A stretch of 63,018 nucleotides of DNA, the filler included, from Octopus bimaculoides (Eukaryota), in assembly GCF_001194135.2 (NCBI RefSeq). It is 4 parts of 3 records of this genome, joined end to end, with 100 filler letters (N's around TTAATTAATTAA, not from the genome) between each part and the next. Parts side by side here need not be neighbours in the genome. Positions count along the whole stretch, not along the records: positions 34,339 to 63,018 come from NC_068990.1; 3 more parts are not named here. One strand, written 5' to 3'. The notes beneath the pieces were generated by a model. The model did no database searches. It was not told where the DNA came from and saw only the letters and a list, made by a program, of their open reading frames with translations. The first letter of the stretch is position 1. Every line of letters begins with the position of its first letter. Positions 51,182-63,018 of the stretch are shown in pieces. Both the position numbers and the translations under genes were made by a program.

Positions 51182-53039
51182 GAAAACTCATATTGGCCTT
51201 TGGTGCAAAATGTACTCATTTATATCACTAGAGGGGAGATAAATCCCTGTATGCTTCTTGGAAAAGGTTACCTGTGCCTGATATTTAGAGTTTTCATGTT
51301 TATACTACATTTTGTATAGTCAGATCAGGATCTCATCACAGGCTGAAAAGACCTGCTACTGGTACCATGTGAACAAGTACTGCCTGTTCCATAGTCAGGT
51401 GATCAGTGACTGAATTGGCTACTCTTGAGAGAAGGGTTTCTGGACACTCAACGGGACTGAAAACAAGACTAATCTGAAGGCTGGATGAGCTCCTTGTGGG
51501 CTGGATGAGCTTCAGTTGGGGAAGGCAATGACACCACCCCAATATCTCTGTCAAAAAAACATTATGAGAAAGTCAGAACGAAGTAACACTATAGCTTGAT
51601 CTGATAGAACTTGCAATTAATTGGGAACACTTTTATCATAGTGTCATCAATGTGCTGCATATGATACATGATGACAACAATGACTGCGTTTTGATTGGTT
51701 CAGTTCTCATCATCAGGTGTCTTAATCCATGAATATGTACACTGAGCCAGGCTGGATTTGAACTAGGAAACTTCACTTCTATTTTTTTTTCTACTCTAGG
51801 CACAAGGCCTGAAATTTTGGGGGAGGGAGGCCAGTCGATTACATCAACCCCAGTATGCAACTGGTACTTAATTTATCAACCTCGAAAGGATGGAAGGCAA
51901 TGTCAACCTCAGTGGAATTTGAACTCAGAATATATAGACAGACGAGGTACACACATGAGTGGCCTAATGGATAATGTTAACTATCCATATGTATGCTATT
52001 TTCTTTTTCCCTATGAGGAAATTGTCATTTTGTGTTTGTGTGTATGTATGGAAAGGCTTTTTTTTTTCTAACTGCAACACATTTATCATGCAATAGCTTC
52101 AATGCAGTTGCTCAGATTGCTAGAAATCACAATCAAATCCTCCTCAATTCACACCCTGCTGTCTAAAAAAAAAAAAAGAATGGCACATTTATTAATGTAG
52201 CCCTAGATACACTTTGCTGGAATAAAAGACATTGATTATCATGATTGGAGTATGTTTGATCATTTGTGGCTACATAATCAGTGCTGAATTAGAAGCAAAA
52301 ACATCTACTGTCGATCTTTAGAAATCATCATCATCATCATTTAATGTCCATCTGCCATGCTGGCATGGGTTGGGGGGAAAAAAAAAGACATGCCAATAAT
52401 GACAATAGTCTTGTTGTTCATGATGATGATGTTAATGAGTATCATAGGTTTTACTCACTAATTATCAGCAGTTGAACTTACACACTTCAAAATCGTTAAT
52501 AAAAAAAAGAAGATATCAAAACAAGAGACTTTTTTAAATTTATATATATATTTTTTTATTAATTATATTTTATTATTATTATTTTTAAAATTATCTTTTT
52601 ATAGAAGCAATTTATAATCATACAGCAATGGATGTTTGAAGGTCTTTTAATTTCAATGTTGCACTTAACTTTCTTAGACAAACAAATACACATACAAATG
52701 TACATACACAAACATTATATATACATATATATACATATATATATATATAGACACACATATATGTGCACATACGTAAACATATACACACTGACATACATAC
52801 ATACATACATACATACATGCACACATACACATGCAGAATTTTTCATATTGTTTTGCAGCTGTGTCCTGAAAAAAAAAACCCCAAAACAAATACAAACAAA
52901 ACAATAAACAAAGAAAAGAACAACTTGTAAACAAACAAATAAATAAAATGACTCAATAATAAATAGAAGCATTATACGCATATGTATATATAAACAAATG
53001 TGTGTAGAGATATAAGCACACATATATACACACAAACAT

Positions 53040-53166
<127 letters not shown>

Positions 53167-53792
53167 CATACATATATATGCACACACATATGATAATATA
53201 CACATGTAAACAACAAAATTCTATTAAACTTGCATAAAAATCTCAGTGTCATCATGTGTAAATGATAAACTCATATATTTTTACACACACACATATGTAT
53301 ATACATATATATATATATATTATATGGCTGCTTGTTTCCTGGGATTGGTCAAAATTGATGCAGACACCTCTGATGAGAATTCCATAAGTTTCGAAGATCA
53401 ATTAAGGTTGTTGATCATATTTTTCAATCTACAGAGAAACAGCTAAATTAGTTCTGCTTATGTAGGTACTTACATAAGTTAAATATATATATACATATGT
53501 GTATGTGTGTATGTATATATGTGTGTGTGTATATAAATGTGTGTATATATATATACACACACACATACACATGTACATAGATACACATACATTTAGCACA
53601 CATACACATGCACACACATCTGCATATATTGATACAAAACAAGTTGTTATATTCTTACATCTCAACGCATTAACAAGCCATTTAAATGAAAAGAAGTTTA
53701 ATACAGGTTCAAGTCTGTTCATAAAGAAATTTATTCAAGGCTTTATATATATATAAATATATATACATATATATATATACACACACATATAT

Positions 53793-53834
<42 letters not shown>

Positions 53835-55028
53835 NNNNNNNNNNNNNNNNNNNNNNNNNNNNNNNNNNNNNNNNNNNNNNNNNNNNNNNNNNNNNNNNNN
53901 NNNNNNNNNNNNNNNNNNNNNNNNNNNNNNNNNNNNNNNNNNNNNNNNNNNNNNNNNNNNNNNNNNNNNNNNNNNNNNNNNNNNNNNNNNNNNNNNNNNN
54001 NNNNNNNNNNNNNNNNNNNNNNNNNNNNNNNNNNNNNNNNNNNNNNNNNNNNNNNNNNNNNNNNNNNNNNNNNNNNNNNNNNNNNNNNNNNNNNNNNNNN
54101 NNNNNNNNNNNNNNNNNNNNNNNNNNNNNNNNNNNNNNNNNNNNNNNNNNNNNNNNNNNNNNNNNNNNNNNNNNNNNNNNNNNNNNNNNNNNNNNNNNNN
54201 NNNNNNNNNNNNNNNNNNNNNNNNNNNNNNNNNNNNNNNNNNNNNNNNNNNNNNNNNNNNNNNNNNNNNNNNNNNNNNNNNNNNNNNNNNNNNNNNNNNN
54301 NNNNNNNNNNNNNNNNNNNNNNNNNNNNNNNNNNNNNNNNNNNNNNNNNNNNNNNNNNNNNNNNNNNNNNNNNNNNNATCAATCTTAGAGTATTTAGGAC
54401 CCTGTGGTTTGATATACACATATATGTTGTTGTTATTGTTGTTGTTGCTATTATTATTATTATTATTATTATTATTATCATTATTGTTATTATTATTATT
54501 ACAGTGTCTGAGATCGGTATTAGAAAATTAAATAAATAAACACAATGCTTTCTTTCTTTCCAAGAAGGTAATATTTTTATATTTTGTTGTTTTTTCTTTG
54601 GAGTGGGGAGGAGATATTTTGTGTGTGTGTGTGTGTGTGTGTGTAGGAGATGGTGGTCTTTTAACCCCTTTGGCATCCCCTTATTTTCAATATTGATTTG
54701 TTTTTCTTTTTTTTTTACGCTAGACATATAAGTCTAATTTCTATCAAAATTGAGCGAGGGGGGGAGGTTAATAACTGTCATGTAAGACAGTATTCCCTTC
54801 CACCCCACAATACCAAACCCCAAATCTACATAGATAAAAAAAAAAGACACAGAACTGAAAGTAAAGTCAATTATTGGATTCGACCTCACAACACAATGGG
54901 AAAGAAAACTAAACGTGGTCCAGGTATTTAATCCAACACTTGACAGGTTTTTTTTTCCCATTTATTGATATATTTAATTATTTTGATAAACTCACCATCA
55001 CTGAGGGGAGTTTCTTCTTTTTGACCAG

Positions 55029-55075
55029 GCACAAAAGAAAGTTAAAAGCAAATCAGTTACAAGGAGAAGGACAAG
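55029..55075 (+). CDS. Unassigned 47-nt + strand exon
   Basis: Acceptor tttcttctttttgaccag, donor AAG|gtaacc; two open frames (AQKKVKSKSVTRRRT or HKRKLKANQLQGEGQ). Confidence 0.4.
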
Positions 55076-56875
55076 GTAACCAGTTGAATGGATCACTACT
55101 TTCACCTCACTCTTACACATTCAGTTTTTAGATATAGCAATTTTTTGTTGAGGGCAAAAATTTACTGGTAACTCCACCTTGCTGTGATTTCAATCACAAA
55201 ACACAGGGGGCATAAACCTAAATATGATAAGGCAACTTTTATTCCAATCAATGCCCTATTTATTGAATCTTTGCGTGTGTGTGTACGCGCGTGCATGTTT
55301 GGTGGTACAAACAGTAGAAATACAACTGAATATTCAAAGCAGAGCATATATATATATATANNNNNNNNNNNNNNNNNNNNNNNNNNNNNNNNNNNNNNNN
55401 NNNNNNNNNNNNNNNNNNNNNNNNNNNNNNNNNNNNNNNNNNNNNNNNNNNNNNNNNNNNNNNNNNNNNNNNNNNNNNNNNNNNNNNNNNNNNNNNNNNN
55501 NNNNNNNNNNNNNNNNNNNNNNNNNNNNNNNNNNNNNNNNNNNNNNNNNNNNNNNNNNNNNNNNNNNNNNNNNNNNNNNNNNNNNNNNNNNNNNNNNNNN
55601 NNNNNNNNNNNNNNNNNNNNNNNNNNNNNNNNNNNNNNNNNNNNNNNNNNNNNNNNNNNNNNNNNNNNNNNNNNNNNNNNNNNNNNNNNNNNNNNNNNNN
55701 NNNNNNNNNNNNNNNNNNNNNNNNNNNNNNNNNNNNNNNNNNNNNNNNNNNNNNNNNNNNNNNNNNNNNNNNNNNNNNNNNNNNNNNNNNNNNNNNNNNN
55801 NNNNNNNNNNNNNNNNNNNNNNNNNNNNNNNNNNNNNNNNNNNNNNNNNNNNNNNNNNNNNNNNNNNNNNNNNNNNNNNNNNNNNNNNNNNNNNNNNNNN
55901 NNNNNNNNNNNNNNNNNNNNNNNNNNNNNNNNNNNNNNNNNNNNNNNNNNNNNNNNNNNNNNNNNNNNNNNNNNNNNNNNNNNNNNNNNNNNNNNNNNNN
56001 NNNNNNNNNNNNNNNNNNNNNNNNNNNNNNNNNNNNNNNNNNNNNNNNNNNNNNNNNNNNNNNNNNNNNNNNNNNNNNNNNNNNNNNNNNNNNNNNNNNN
56101 NNNNNNNNNNNNNNNNNNNNNNNNNNNNNNNNNNNNNNNNNNNNNNNNNNNNNNNNNNNNNNNNNNNNNNNNNNNNNNNNNNNNNNNNNNNNNNNNNNNN
56201 NNNNNNNNNNNNNNNNNNNNNNNNNNNNNNNNGAAAACACCTAAAGCTCCACGAGGCTCCGGCAGGGGATGGTGGCGAACCCTGCTGTACTCTTTCACCA
56301 CAACTTTCTCTCACTCTTACTACCTGTTTCTCTTGTGCCTGTAATTCAAAGGGTCAGCCTTGTCATGCTGAATATCCCCGAGAACTACGTTAAGGGTACA
56401 CGTGTCTGTGGAGTGCTCAGCCACTTGCACGTTAATTTCACGAGCAGGCTGTTCCGTTGATCGGATCAACTGGAACCCTCGATGTTGTAAGCGACAGAGT
56501 GCCAACAACATTGGAACAAGAAATGAAGTACACAACACATTACCTGGTTCAGGAAATGAGCCCACAAGCTACTAATCATGTGAAAATATATGTATGTTTG
56601 TGTGTGCGAAGGTGCATGGCCTAGTAGTTAGGATGCTGCACTCAAGATCATGGTTTCAATTCCAAGATCAAGCAGTGTATTTTGCTCTTCATGTGGCTCC
56701 AGCCAACTCAGCTGTACATGAATAACCCTGTGATGAGCTGGCATCCCATTTAGGGAGATTGTTGCAATCTTGGTCACTTATATGCCATTTCTCTCTCTTC
56801 ATCTCCTTATTCCTTTACTCCCTTCCTCTATGTCATCATTTAATTAATATATACCCTTCTCATTTTCTCTGTTTA

Positions 56876-56929
56876 TCTCTGATGATGGAATATCCCATAC
56901 TCTGGGATATCTCAGAAACAGCTGTAAGA
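56876..56929 (+). ncRNA. Minimal type I hammerhead ribozyme (Penelope-associated type)
   Basis: Stem I TCT/AGA; core CTGATGA 56879-56885; 12-position stem II with one mismatch and a TACTC loop; GAAA 56915-56918; palindromic stem III AC-AGCT-GT; GUA cleavage site after 56926. Confidence 0.75.
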
Positions 56930-57115
56930 CATTAAATTTTTTTTCTTCCAATAATAATAACGTATATGACTTGAGATGCTTGCTTTGCCTTAACGTTTAT
57001 TGTTCTCTTCAATAATTATGTAACACACATATATATATATATATATATATAATCCAAATAATATGACAAAGATATGTTAAAGAATTTCTTTGTCTTATTA
57101 TTATTTGGATTACAG

Positions 57116-57195
57116 TTAACGTTTCACCAAACCCACATTACAGTGTCACTGTTGCGAAACAAGGATTTTCTACACCTGAAGAATTCCTGCATTAG
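57116..57195 (+). CDS. Candidate terminal exon (VNVSPNPHYSVTVAKQGFSTPEEFLH*)
   Basis: Acceptor ttggattacag; the phase-1 frame is compatible with 55029-55075. Confidence 0.3.
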
Positions 57196-58333
57196 TCTGG
57201 AACCTGACAGTGTTGAAAGCCCAGTATTCAAGTTGAGAGTTCCTGGAAATACCATAGCTTTACAACCTACCAAGACCTAAGATACATATATATATNNNNN
57301 NNNNNNNNNNNNNNNNNNNNNNNNNNNNNNNNNNNNNNNNNNNNNNNNNNNNNNNNNNNNNNNNNNNNNNNNNNNNNNNNNNNNNNNNNNNNNNNNNNNN
57401 NNNNNNNNNNNNNNNNNNNNNNNNNNNNNNNNNNNNNNNNNNNNNNNNNNNNNNNNNNNNNNNNNNNNNNNNNNNNNNNNNNNNNNNNNNNNNNNNNNNN
57501 NNNNNNNNNNNNNNNNNNNNNNNNNNNNNNNNNNNNNNNNNNNNNNNNNNNNNNNNNNNNNNNNNNNNNNNNNNNNNNNNNNNNNNNNNNNNNNNNNNNN
57601 NNNNNNNNNNNNNNNNNNNNNNNNNNNNNNNNNNNNNNNNNNNNNNNNNNNNNNNNNNNNNNNNNNNNNNNNNNNNNNNNNNNNNNNNNNNNNNNNNNNN
57701 NNNNNNNNNNNNNNNNNNNNNNNNNNNNNNNNNNNNNNNNNNNNNNNNNNNNNNNNNNNNNNNNNNNNNNNNNNNNNNNNNNNNNNNNNNNNNNNNNNNN
57801 NNNNNNNNNNNNNNNNNNNNNNNNNNNNNNNNNNNNNNNNNNNNNNNNNNNNNNNNNNNNNNNNNNNNNNNNNNNNNNNNNNNNNNNNNNNNNNNNNNNN
57901 NNNNNNNNNNNNNNNNNNNNNNNNNNNNNNNNNNNNNNNNNNNNNNNNNNNNNNNNNNNNNNNNNNNNNNNNNNNNNNNNNNNNNNNNNNNNNNNNNNNN
58001 NNNNNNNNNNNNNNNNNNNNNNNNNNNNNNNNNNNNNNNNNNNNNNNNNNNNNNNNNNNNNNNNNNNNNNNNNNNNNNNNNNNNNNNNNNNNNNNNNNNN
58101 NNNNNNNNNNNNNNNNNNNNNNNNNNNNNNNNNNNNNNNNNNNNNNNNNNNNNNNNNNNNNNNNNNNNNNNNNNNNNNNNNNNNNNNNNNNNNNNNNNNN
58201 NNNNNNNNNNNNNNNNNNNNNNNNNNNNNNNNNNNNNNNNNNNNNNNNNNNNNNNNNNNNNNNNNNNNNNNNNNNNNNNNNNNNNATATATATATATATA
58301 TATGTACATACATATATATACACATACATACAT

Positions 58334-58387
<54 letters not shown>

Positions 58388-59284
58388 TATATATGAAGAC
58401 ATGCACACATCTACGGTGAATCTATGAATTGAGTGGGAGGGCTGTGTAAATGTAAAAGGTGAGAGAGATTAAAAGACTAAAATTCATTAATATGCAAATT
58501 AATAGGTGCATTATAATATGTGTTTGTGTGTGTATGTGTGCATGCAGCAAAACACACACACAAACACAAATATCTATGCATGCCTGTGGTTCAACCTGTC
58601 AAACAATTATGGTAGTTGATCAGCCCATACTTGAGCTATCTCAGTCAAGCGAGATGAAATTTAGTTTAAAAAAGGAGAAAAGTTTGTCGAAAACACCCAA
58701 TCTTCATTTATCAGACTAGCCTTCAATATGTGATCAATCTTCGTAACGTGTTGGATTATCCATGTAACTAATAAAAGTGAGGGTGAGGTGGTGGGGACAT
58801 TACAAGCAATGAAAAAAACCTTATTAAATATAAGGTCTCTTCAATAAACCCCAAAGAGTGTCTATTTAAAGACAGAAATCTTAGCTCTAAGTTGCACAGT
58901 GTTTAGGTGAATGAAAGACAAAATTAACTAGATACTGGACAGTGTATTAGTTCAATGGAGGTAACATTCAGTACCTATTCTAAATGGTCAACCGAAATGA
59001 GGTGAGGGGGAAGGGGATGGAAATTATGTGTATTCTTTAAACAGACAGTATTTAAATATAGAGCTGAATCCAAAATTAATGAGCTGACTGGTCTTGTAAG
59101 TTTTTTTGTTGTTGTTTTTTGCTTCTATTAAATCCTTATGATGGCCATATATAGCTAGGATGACTGGGCTACTGAGAATGGTTTTTGCAAGATTCTAAGA
59201 GTAAACTGTTAATAAGATGCAAACTGAGACTCTTGAGATTTAAAATACCTCACAATCACATGTGTATGTATATATGTGTGCATG

Positions 59285-59325
<41 letters not shown>

Positions 59326-60630
59326 NNNNNNNNNNNNNNNNNNNNNNNNNNNNNNNNNNNNNNNNNNNNNNNNNNNNNNNNNNNNNNNNNNNNNNNNNNN
59401 NNNNNNNNNNNNNNNNNNNNNNNNNNNNNNNNNNNNNNNNNNNNNNNNNNNNNNNNNNNNNNNNNNNNNNNNNNNNNNNNNNNNNNNNNNNNNNNNNNNN
59501 NNNNNNNNNNNNNNNNNNNNNNNNNNNNNNNNNNNNNNNNNNNNNNNNNNNNNNNNNNNNNNNNNNNNNNNNNNNNNNNNNNNNNNNNNNNNNNNNNNNN
59601 NNNNNNNNNNNNNNNNNNNNNNNNNNNNNNNNNNNNNNNNNNNNNNNNNNNNNNNNNNNNNNNNNNNNNNNNNNNNNNNNNNNNNNNNNNNNNNNNNNNN
59701 NNNNNNNNNNNNNNNNNNNNNNNNNNNNNNNNNNNNNNNNNNNNNNNNNNNNNNNNNNNNNNNNNNNNNNNNNNNNNNNNNNNNNNNNNNNNNNNNNNNN
59801 NNNNNNNNNNNNNNNNNNNNNNNNNNNNNNNNNNNNNNNNNNNNNNNNNNNNNNNNNNNNNNNNNNNNNNNNNNNNNNNNNNNNNNNNNNNNNNNNNNNN
59901 NNNNNNNNNNNNNNNNNNNNNNNNNNNNNNNNNNNNNNNNNNNNNNNNNNNNNNNNNNNNNNNNNNNNNNNNNNNNNNNNNNNNNNNNNNNNNNNNNNNN
60001 NNNNNNNNNNNNNNNNNNNNNNNNNNNNNNNNNNNNNNNNNNNNNNNNNNNNNNNNNNNNNNNNNNNNNNNNNNNNNNNNNNNNNNNNNNNNNNNNNNNN
60101 NNNNNNNNNNNNNNNNNNNNNNNNNNNNNNNNNNNNNNNNNNNNNNNNNNNNNNNNNNNNNNNNNNNNNNNNNNNNNNNNNNNNNNNNNNNNNNNNNNNN
60201 NNNNNNNNNNNNNNNNNNNNNNNNNNNNNNNNNNNNNNNNNNNNNNNNNNNNNNNNNNNNNNNNNNNNNNNNNNNNNNNNNNNNNNNNNNNNNNNATAGC
60301 CAATGTTCTGGTAGGTTTTTGTTTTTCAGGGGTCTTTTGTTGTTTTTTACACATCAGTCTACATTATTGAGAATCAAAAATTAGAAAACACCAAAACCTG
60401 TAATTAAATCTCTCATTTAAAACAACACTTCAACTTTTCTCCATTCCCTCCCCTCACCTAACAAACAATCATATTATTATCATTATTATTGTTATTACTA
60501 TTATTATTATTATTATTATTACATCCGCAAAACAATAAAGTCTTATTGTGGGGATATAATTTTTTTTTTTTGAATTTGCTTTTTTTGTAATTTTAAAACC
60601 AACACTGATGTTGATTCTTGTGCTGTGCAG

Positions 60631-60740
60631 AAGAGAAGGATTTGACTGAGTCGATGATGATCCCCTCCCACTGGTGCTCATTTAATCCAAGCAGGATTTG
60701 GACACAGATTATAGGACACACGAGACTTAAATGCTGTAAG
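60631..60740 (+). CDS. Candidate exon (EKDLTESMMIPSHWCSFNPSRIWTQIIGHTRLKCCK)
   Basis: Acceptor ttcttgtgctgtgcag, donor AAG|gtattt; only the phase-1 frame is open. Confidence 0.3.
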
Positions 60741-60898
60741 GTATTTAGTTTGGTGCTCTTCTCACATGCGCCAACACTTTGCCCCTCCCCTCAATTGTCT
60801 GTGGTTGTATTTAACCATTTTTTCCTTCTTCTCCTCACTTCCTTCTCTCGTCACAGACGTAACATTAATCAGTTATATATTGCATATAATAAGAATGC

Positions 60899-60935
<37 letters not shown>

Positions 60936-61195
60936 TATTAATAATGATAATAATAATAACAATAATAATAATGATACAAGAAAAAGAAATAAACTTTATC
61001 TTTGGAATAAGTCCAAATGTTTCCATGTTCATTCTCCTAATTCAAGAAGGTAAAATTCTTTGTTTTAATAGTTGTATGTGTGTATGTATGCATGCATAAT
61101 ACATTGTATCAGAATGTATATAACATACAGTGAATGAGCATGTATGTATGTAATGTAATATACTGAATAAGTACAGGAGTGTGCTGGAAACTCAC

Positions 61196-61287
61196 CTTGG
61201 ACAGCTTTAATCACTGAATAGTTCTTAAAATGATGTTTGAATATTTGAATAAATGATATCATTTTTATAAAGTTCTCCCACCCCACC
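61196..61287 (-). CDS. Unassigned minus-strand exon (VGWENFIKMISFIQIFKHHFKNYSVIKAVQ)
   Basis: Acceptor ccctttcattag, strong donor CAAG|gtgagt; 92 nt, open in one frame. Confidence 0.3.
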
Positions 61288-61502
61288 CTAATGAAAGGGA
61301 ATGAAAGTAATTTCTTTGTTGACAAGATTATTGTCTGTTGCTTTTCAGTCATTTCTCTTTACATATTTTTCTTTGTTTCTTTTTTTACTCTTTCTTGTCC
61401 ATCATTAATTATACTTAATTTAGATTCCTGCAGTTGCTGGTTTTTAATTGTCTTGGGTTTTTTTTTCTTTTAAAAAAATTTTTTTTTTTTTTCTTTTTAC
61501 AG

Positions 61503-61567
61503 AATTCCACCTGAGAATACTGACAGGACATTTCGTACCTGAGCCAACTTTTACAGGCACCATATAA
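61503..61567 (+). CDS. Candidate terminal exon (FHLRILTGHFVPEPTFTGTI*)
   Basis: Very strong poly-T acceptor ...ttctttttacag; the phase-1 frame is the longest. Confidence 0.3.
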
Positions 61568-62277
61568 GCAAATGGCACTGCAACTAATATAGTTCTCAAC
61601 TCTTAAAGGAAGTCGAAATCCTAATATATATATATATATACAAATATATATATAAATTCAAATAGATTTTTTTTAAGAGTCAAGTGTCATTTGTTGAAGA
61701 AACTGCAAAGAAAAAAAACAAACAAATTAATACATTAAATATATATTCATCTTTATATTATAATAATAATAATGATCCAGACTCTTATAACTTCTGATTG
61801 GAAGTGTTACCATGTACATTGTTTTGTTTTAATATAAAAGATGGGCTACACCAAATATTCTGCTCAATACCACAGATTTGCTTGTCAGTTGTTTGACCTT
61901 AACCAGTTGAGCATGTCCCTTGGTGGCTGACGATATGTGCATCTCTGAAGGTGGCGAGCTGGCAGAAACGTTAGCACACTGGGTGAAATGCTTAGCAATA
62001 TTTTGTCTGCTGCTATGTTCTGAGTTCAAATTCTGCCGAGGTGGACTTTGTCTTTCATTCTTTCGAGGTCGATAAATTAAGTACCAGTCAAGAACTGGGG
62101 TCGAAGTAATCAACTATCCCCCTCCCCACAAATTCCAGGCCTTGTGCCTATAGGGGGTTCCTATAAGGTTATTATCCACCCCTGACTGAAACTCTCCCGT
62201 ATGACATGCACGCATGCTCAGTGACTTGCTTTAACTTCCGCAGACTAACGACTCACATACTGTACTGACTGGTTAAT

Positions 62278-62520
62278 ATGTCTCCGAAGAAATCACGCAA
62301 ATACTGCTGTATATGCAGCCACTATAGAAGGAAGAATGTAGATGGCAAAGTTATTTCACTACATAAATATCCTGCAAACGTAGCTATTCGTCGTATTTGG
62401 CTTCAGAGATCGAGACTTGTGAGGAAAGACTTTGTTTACACTGCAAATAGCCAAATGTGTTCCCAGCATTTCGTCAATTTTAATGGACCATTAAACAACA
62501 ATTGTTGTGTTGATGTACAG
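62278..62520 (+). CDS. THAP zinc-finger domain ORF, probably the 5' exon of a DNA transposon gene
   Basis: C2CH signature YCCICSH...SLHKYP...W...CSQHF; donor CAG|gtattt at 62521; the element appears to start GGGGGTTCC at 62153, truncating a SINE. Confidence 0.8.
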
Positions 62521-62850
62521 GTATTTTTAATAAAGAATTTTGCATTCAAATAATAAATACATTGAAATTGTTGTTAATGTTGAGTAAGCCTAGCTATGAT
62601 ATGTTTCTTTATATATATATATATAATTATTCAATATTAACAGTTTTGTATTAGAAAACCAAGAATTTATACAAGGCTGTAAAAGAAGTGCTCAAACTAG
62701 TTGAGACATAGGTACAAAGTTAATTGCAGAATAAAACCGTTAGGTCATCGACTCAAAAAGCCGTAGCCCACCAATGACCACATATAAGAAGTACAACATA
62801 GACCACAAAAACAAATTTGTTGTTGAAAGCCATTACCGAGGTGGTTTAAT

Positions 62851-63018
62851 ATGACTACCAGCTACGCAGCTGCAGCTAGCAGCGGCAGGCCGACCAACGA
62901 CATGGGAATGAGAGAGGTGAAGGTGGAAATGGAAAATTTGAAGAAACATTTCAAATATTTGAAGGAGGGAGACTGTTTGCGGGTTGACCCACCCAAAGAA
63001 GTGATGGAAGAAGCATAA
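62851..63018 (+). mobile_element. Possible L1/Tx1-like ORF1 5' fragment (55 aa, ends in TAA at the window edge)
   Basis: MTTSYAAAASSGRPTNDMGMREVKVEMENLKKHFKYFEGGDCLRVDPPKEVMEEA*; the SYAAA start motif is typical of non-LTR ORF1 proteins. Confidence 0.35.

Noticed and set aside
55162-60384. Long ORFs of 200-400 aa in the track (also near 812-1531, 14204-15180 and 53709-54727)
   Set aside because: They are open only because they run through N gaps and dinucleotide repeats.

Overview
AT-rich, gap-ridden animal genomic DNA dominated by microsatellites, tRNA-derived SINEs and decayed transposons. The repeat landscape suggests an octopus (coleoid cephalopod) draft assembly; this is inference. There is no prokaryotic content, CRISPR array or rRNA. 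Most long ORFs in the supplied track are N-gap or microsatellite artefacts. Main results: (1) a hand-assembled six-exon + strand gene (21118-26184) encoding a 132-aa secreted protein with 8 mature cysteines and two N-glycosylation sequons, which I cannot assign to a family; (2) three copies of a GGATC-ended MITE family with perfect 8-bp TSDs (Merlin-like), each carrying four tandem TTAGGG G-tracts between inverted CCAAT+CRE cassettes, plus a 22-bp micro-element with the same end architecture; (3) a structurally complete minimal type I hammerhead ribozyme at 56876-56929 and further decayed hammerhead-like motifs; (4) a probable bidirectional promoter near 46.46 kb with unassigned exons on both strands; (5) remnants of CR1, RTE, Penelope-like, Helitron, pogo/Tigger, Tc1, mariner, maT-type, THAP-encoding and L1/Tx1-like elements, and a probable class A GPCR pseudogene. 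All family assignments come from motifs I recognise; no searches were run. Boundaries of decayed elements are approximate.
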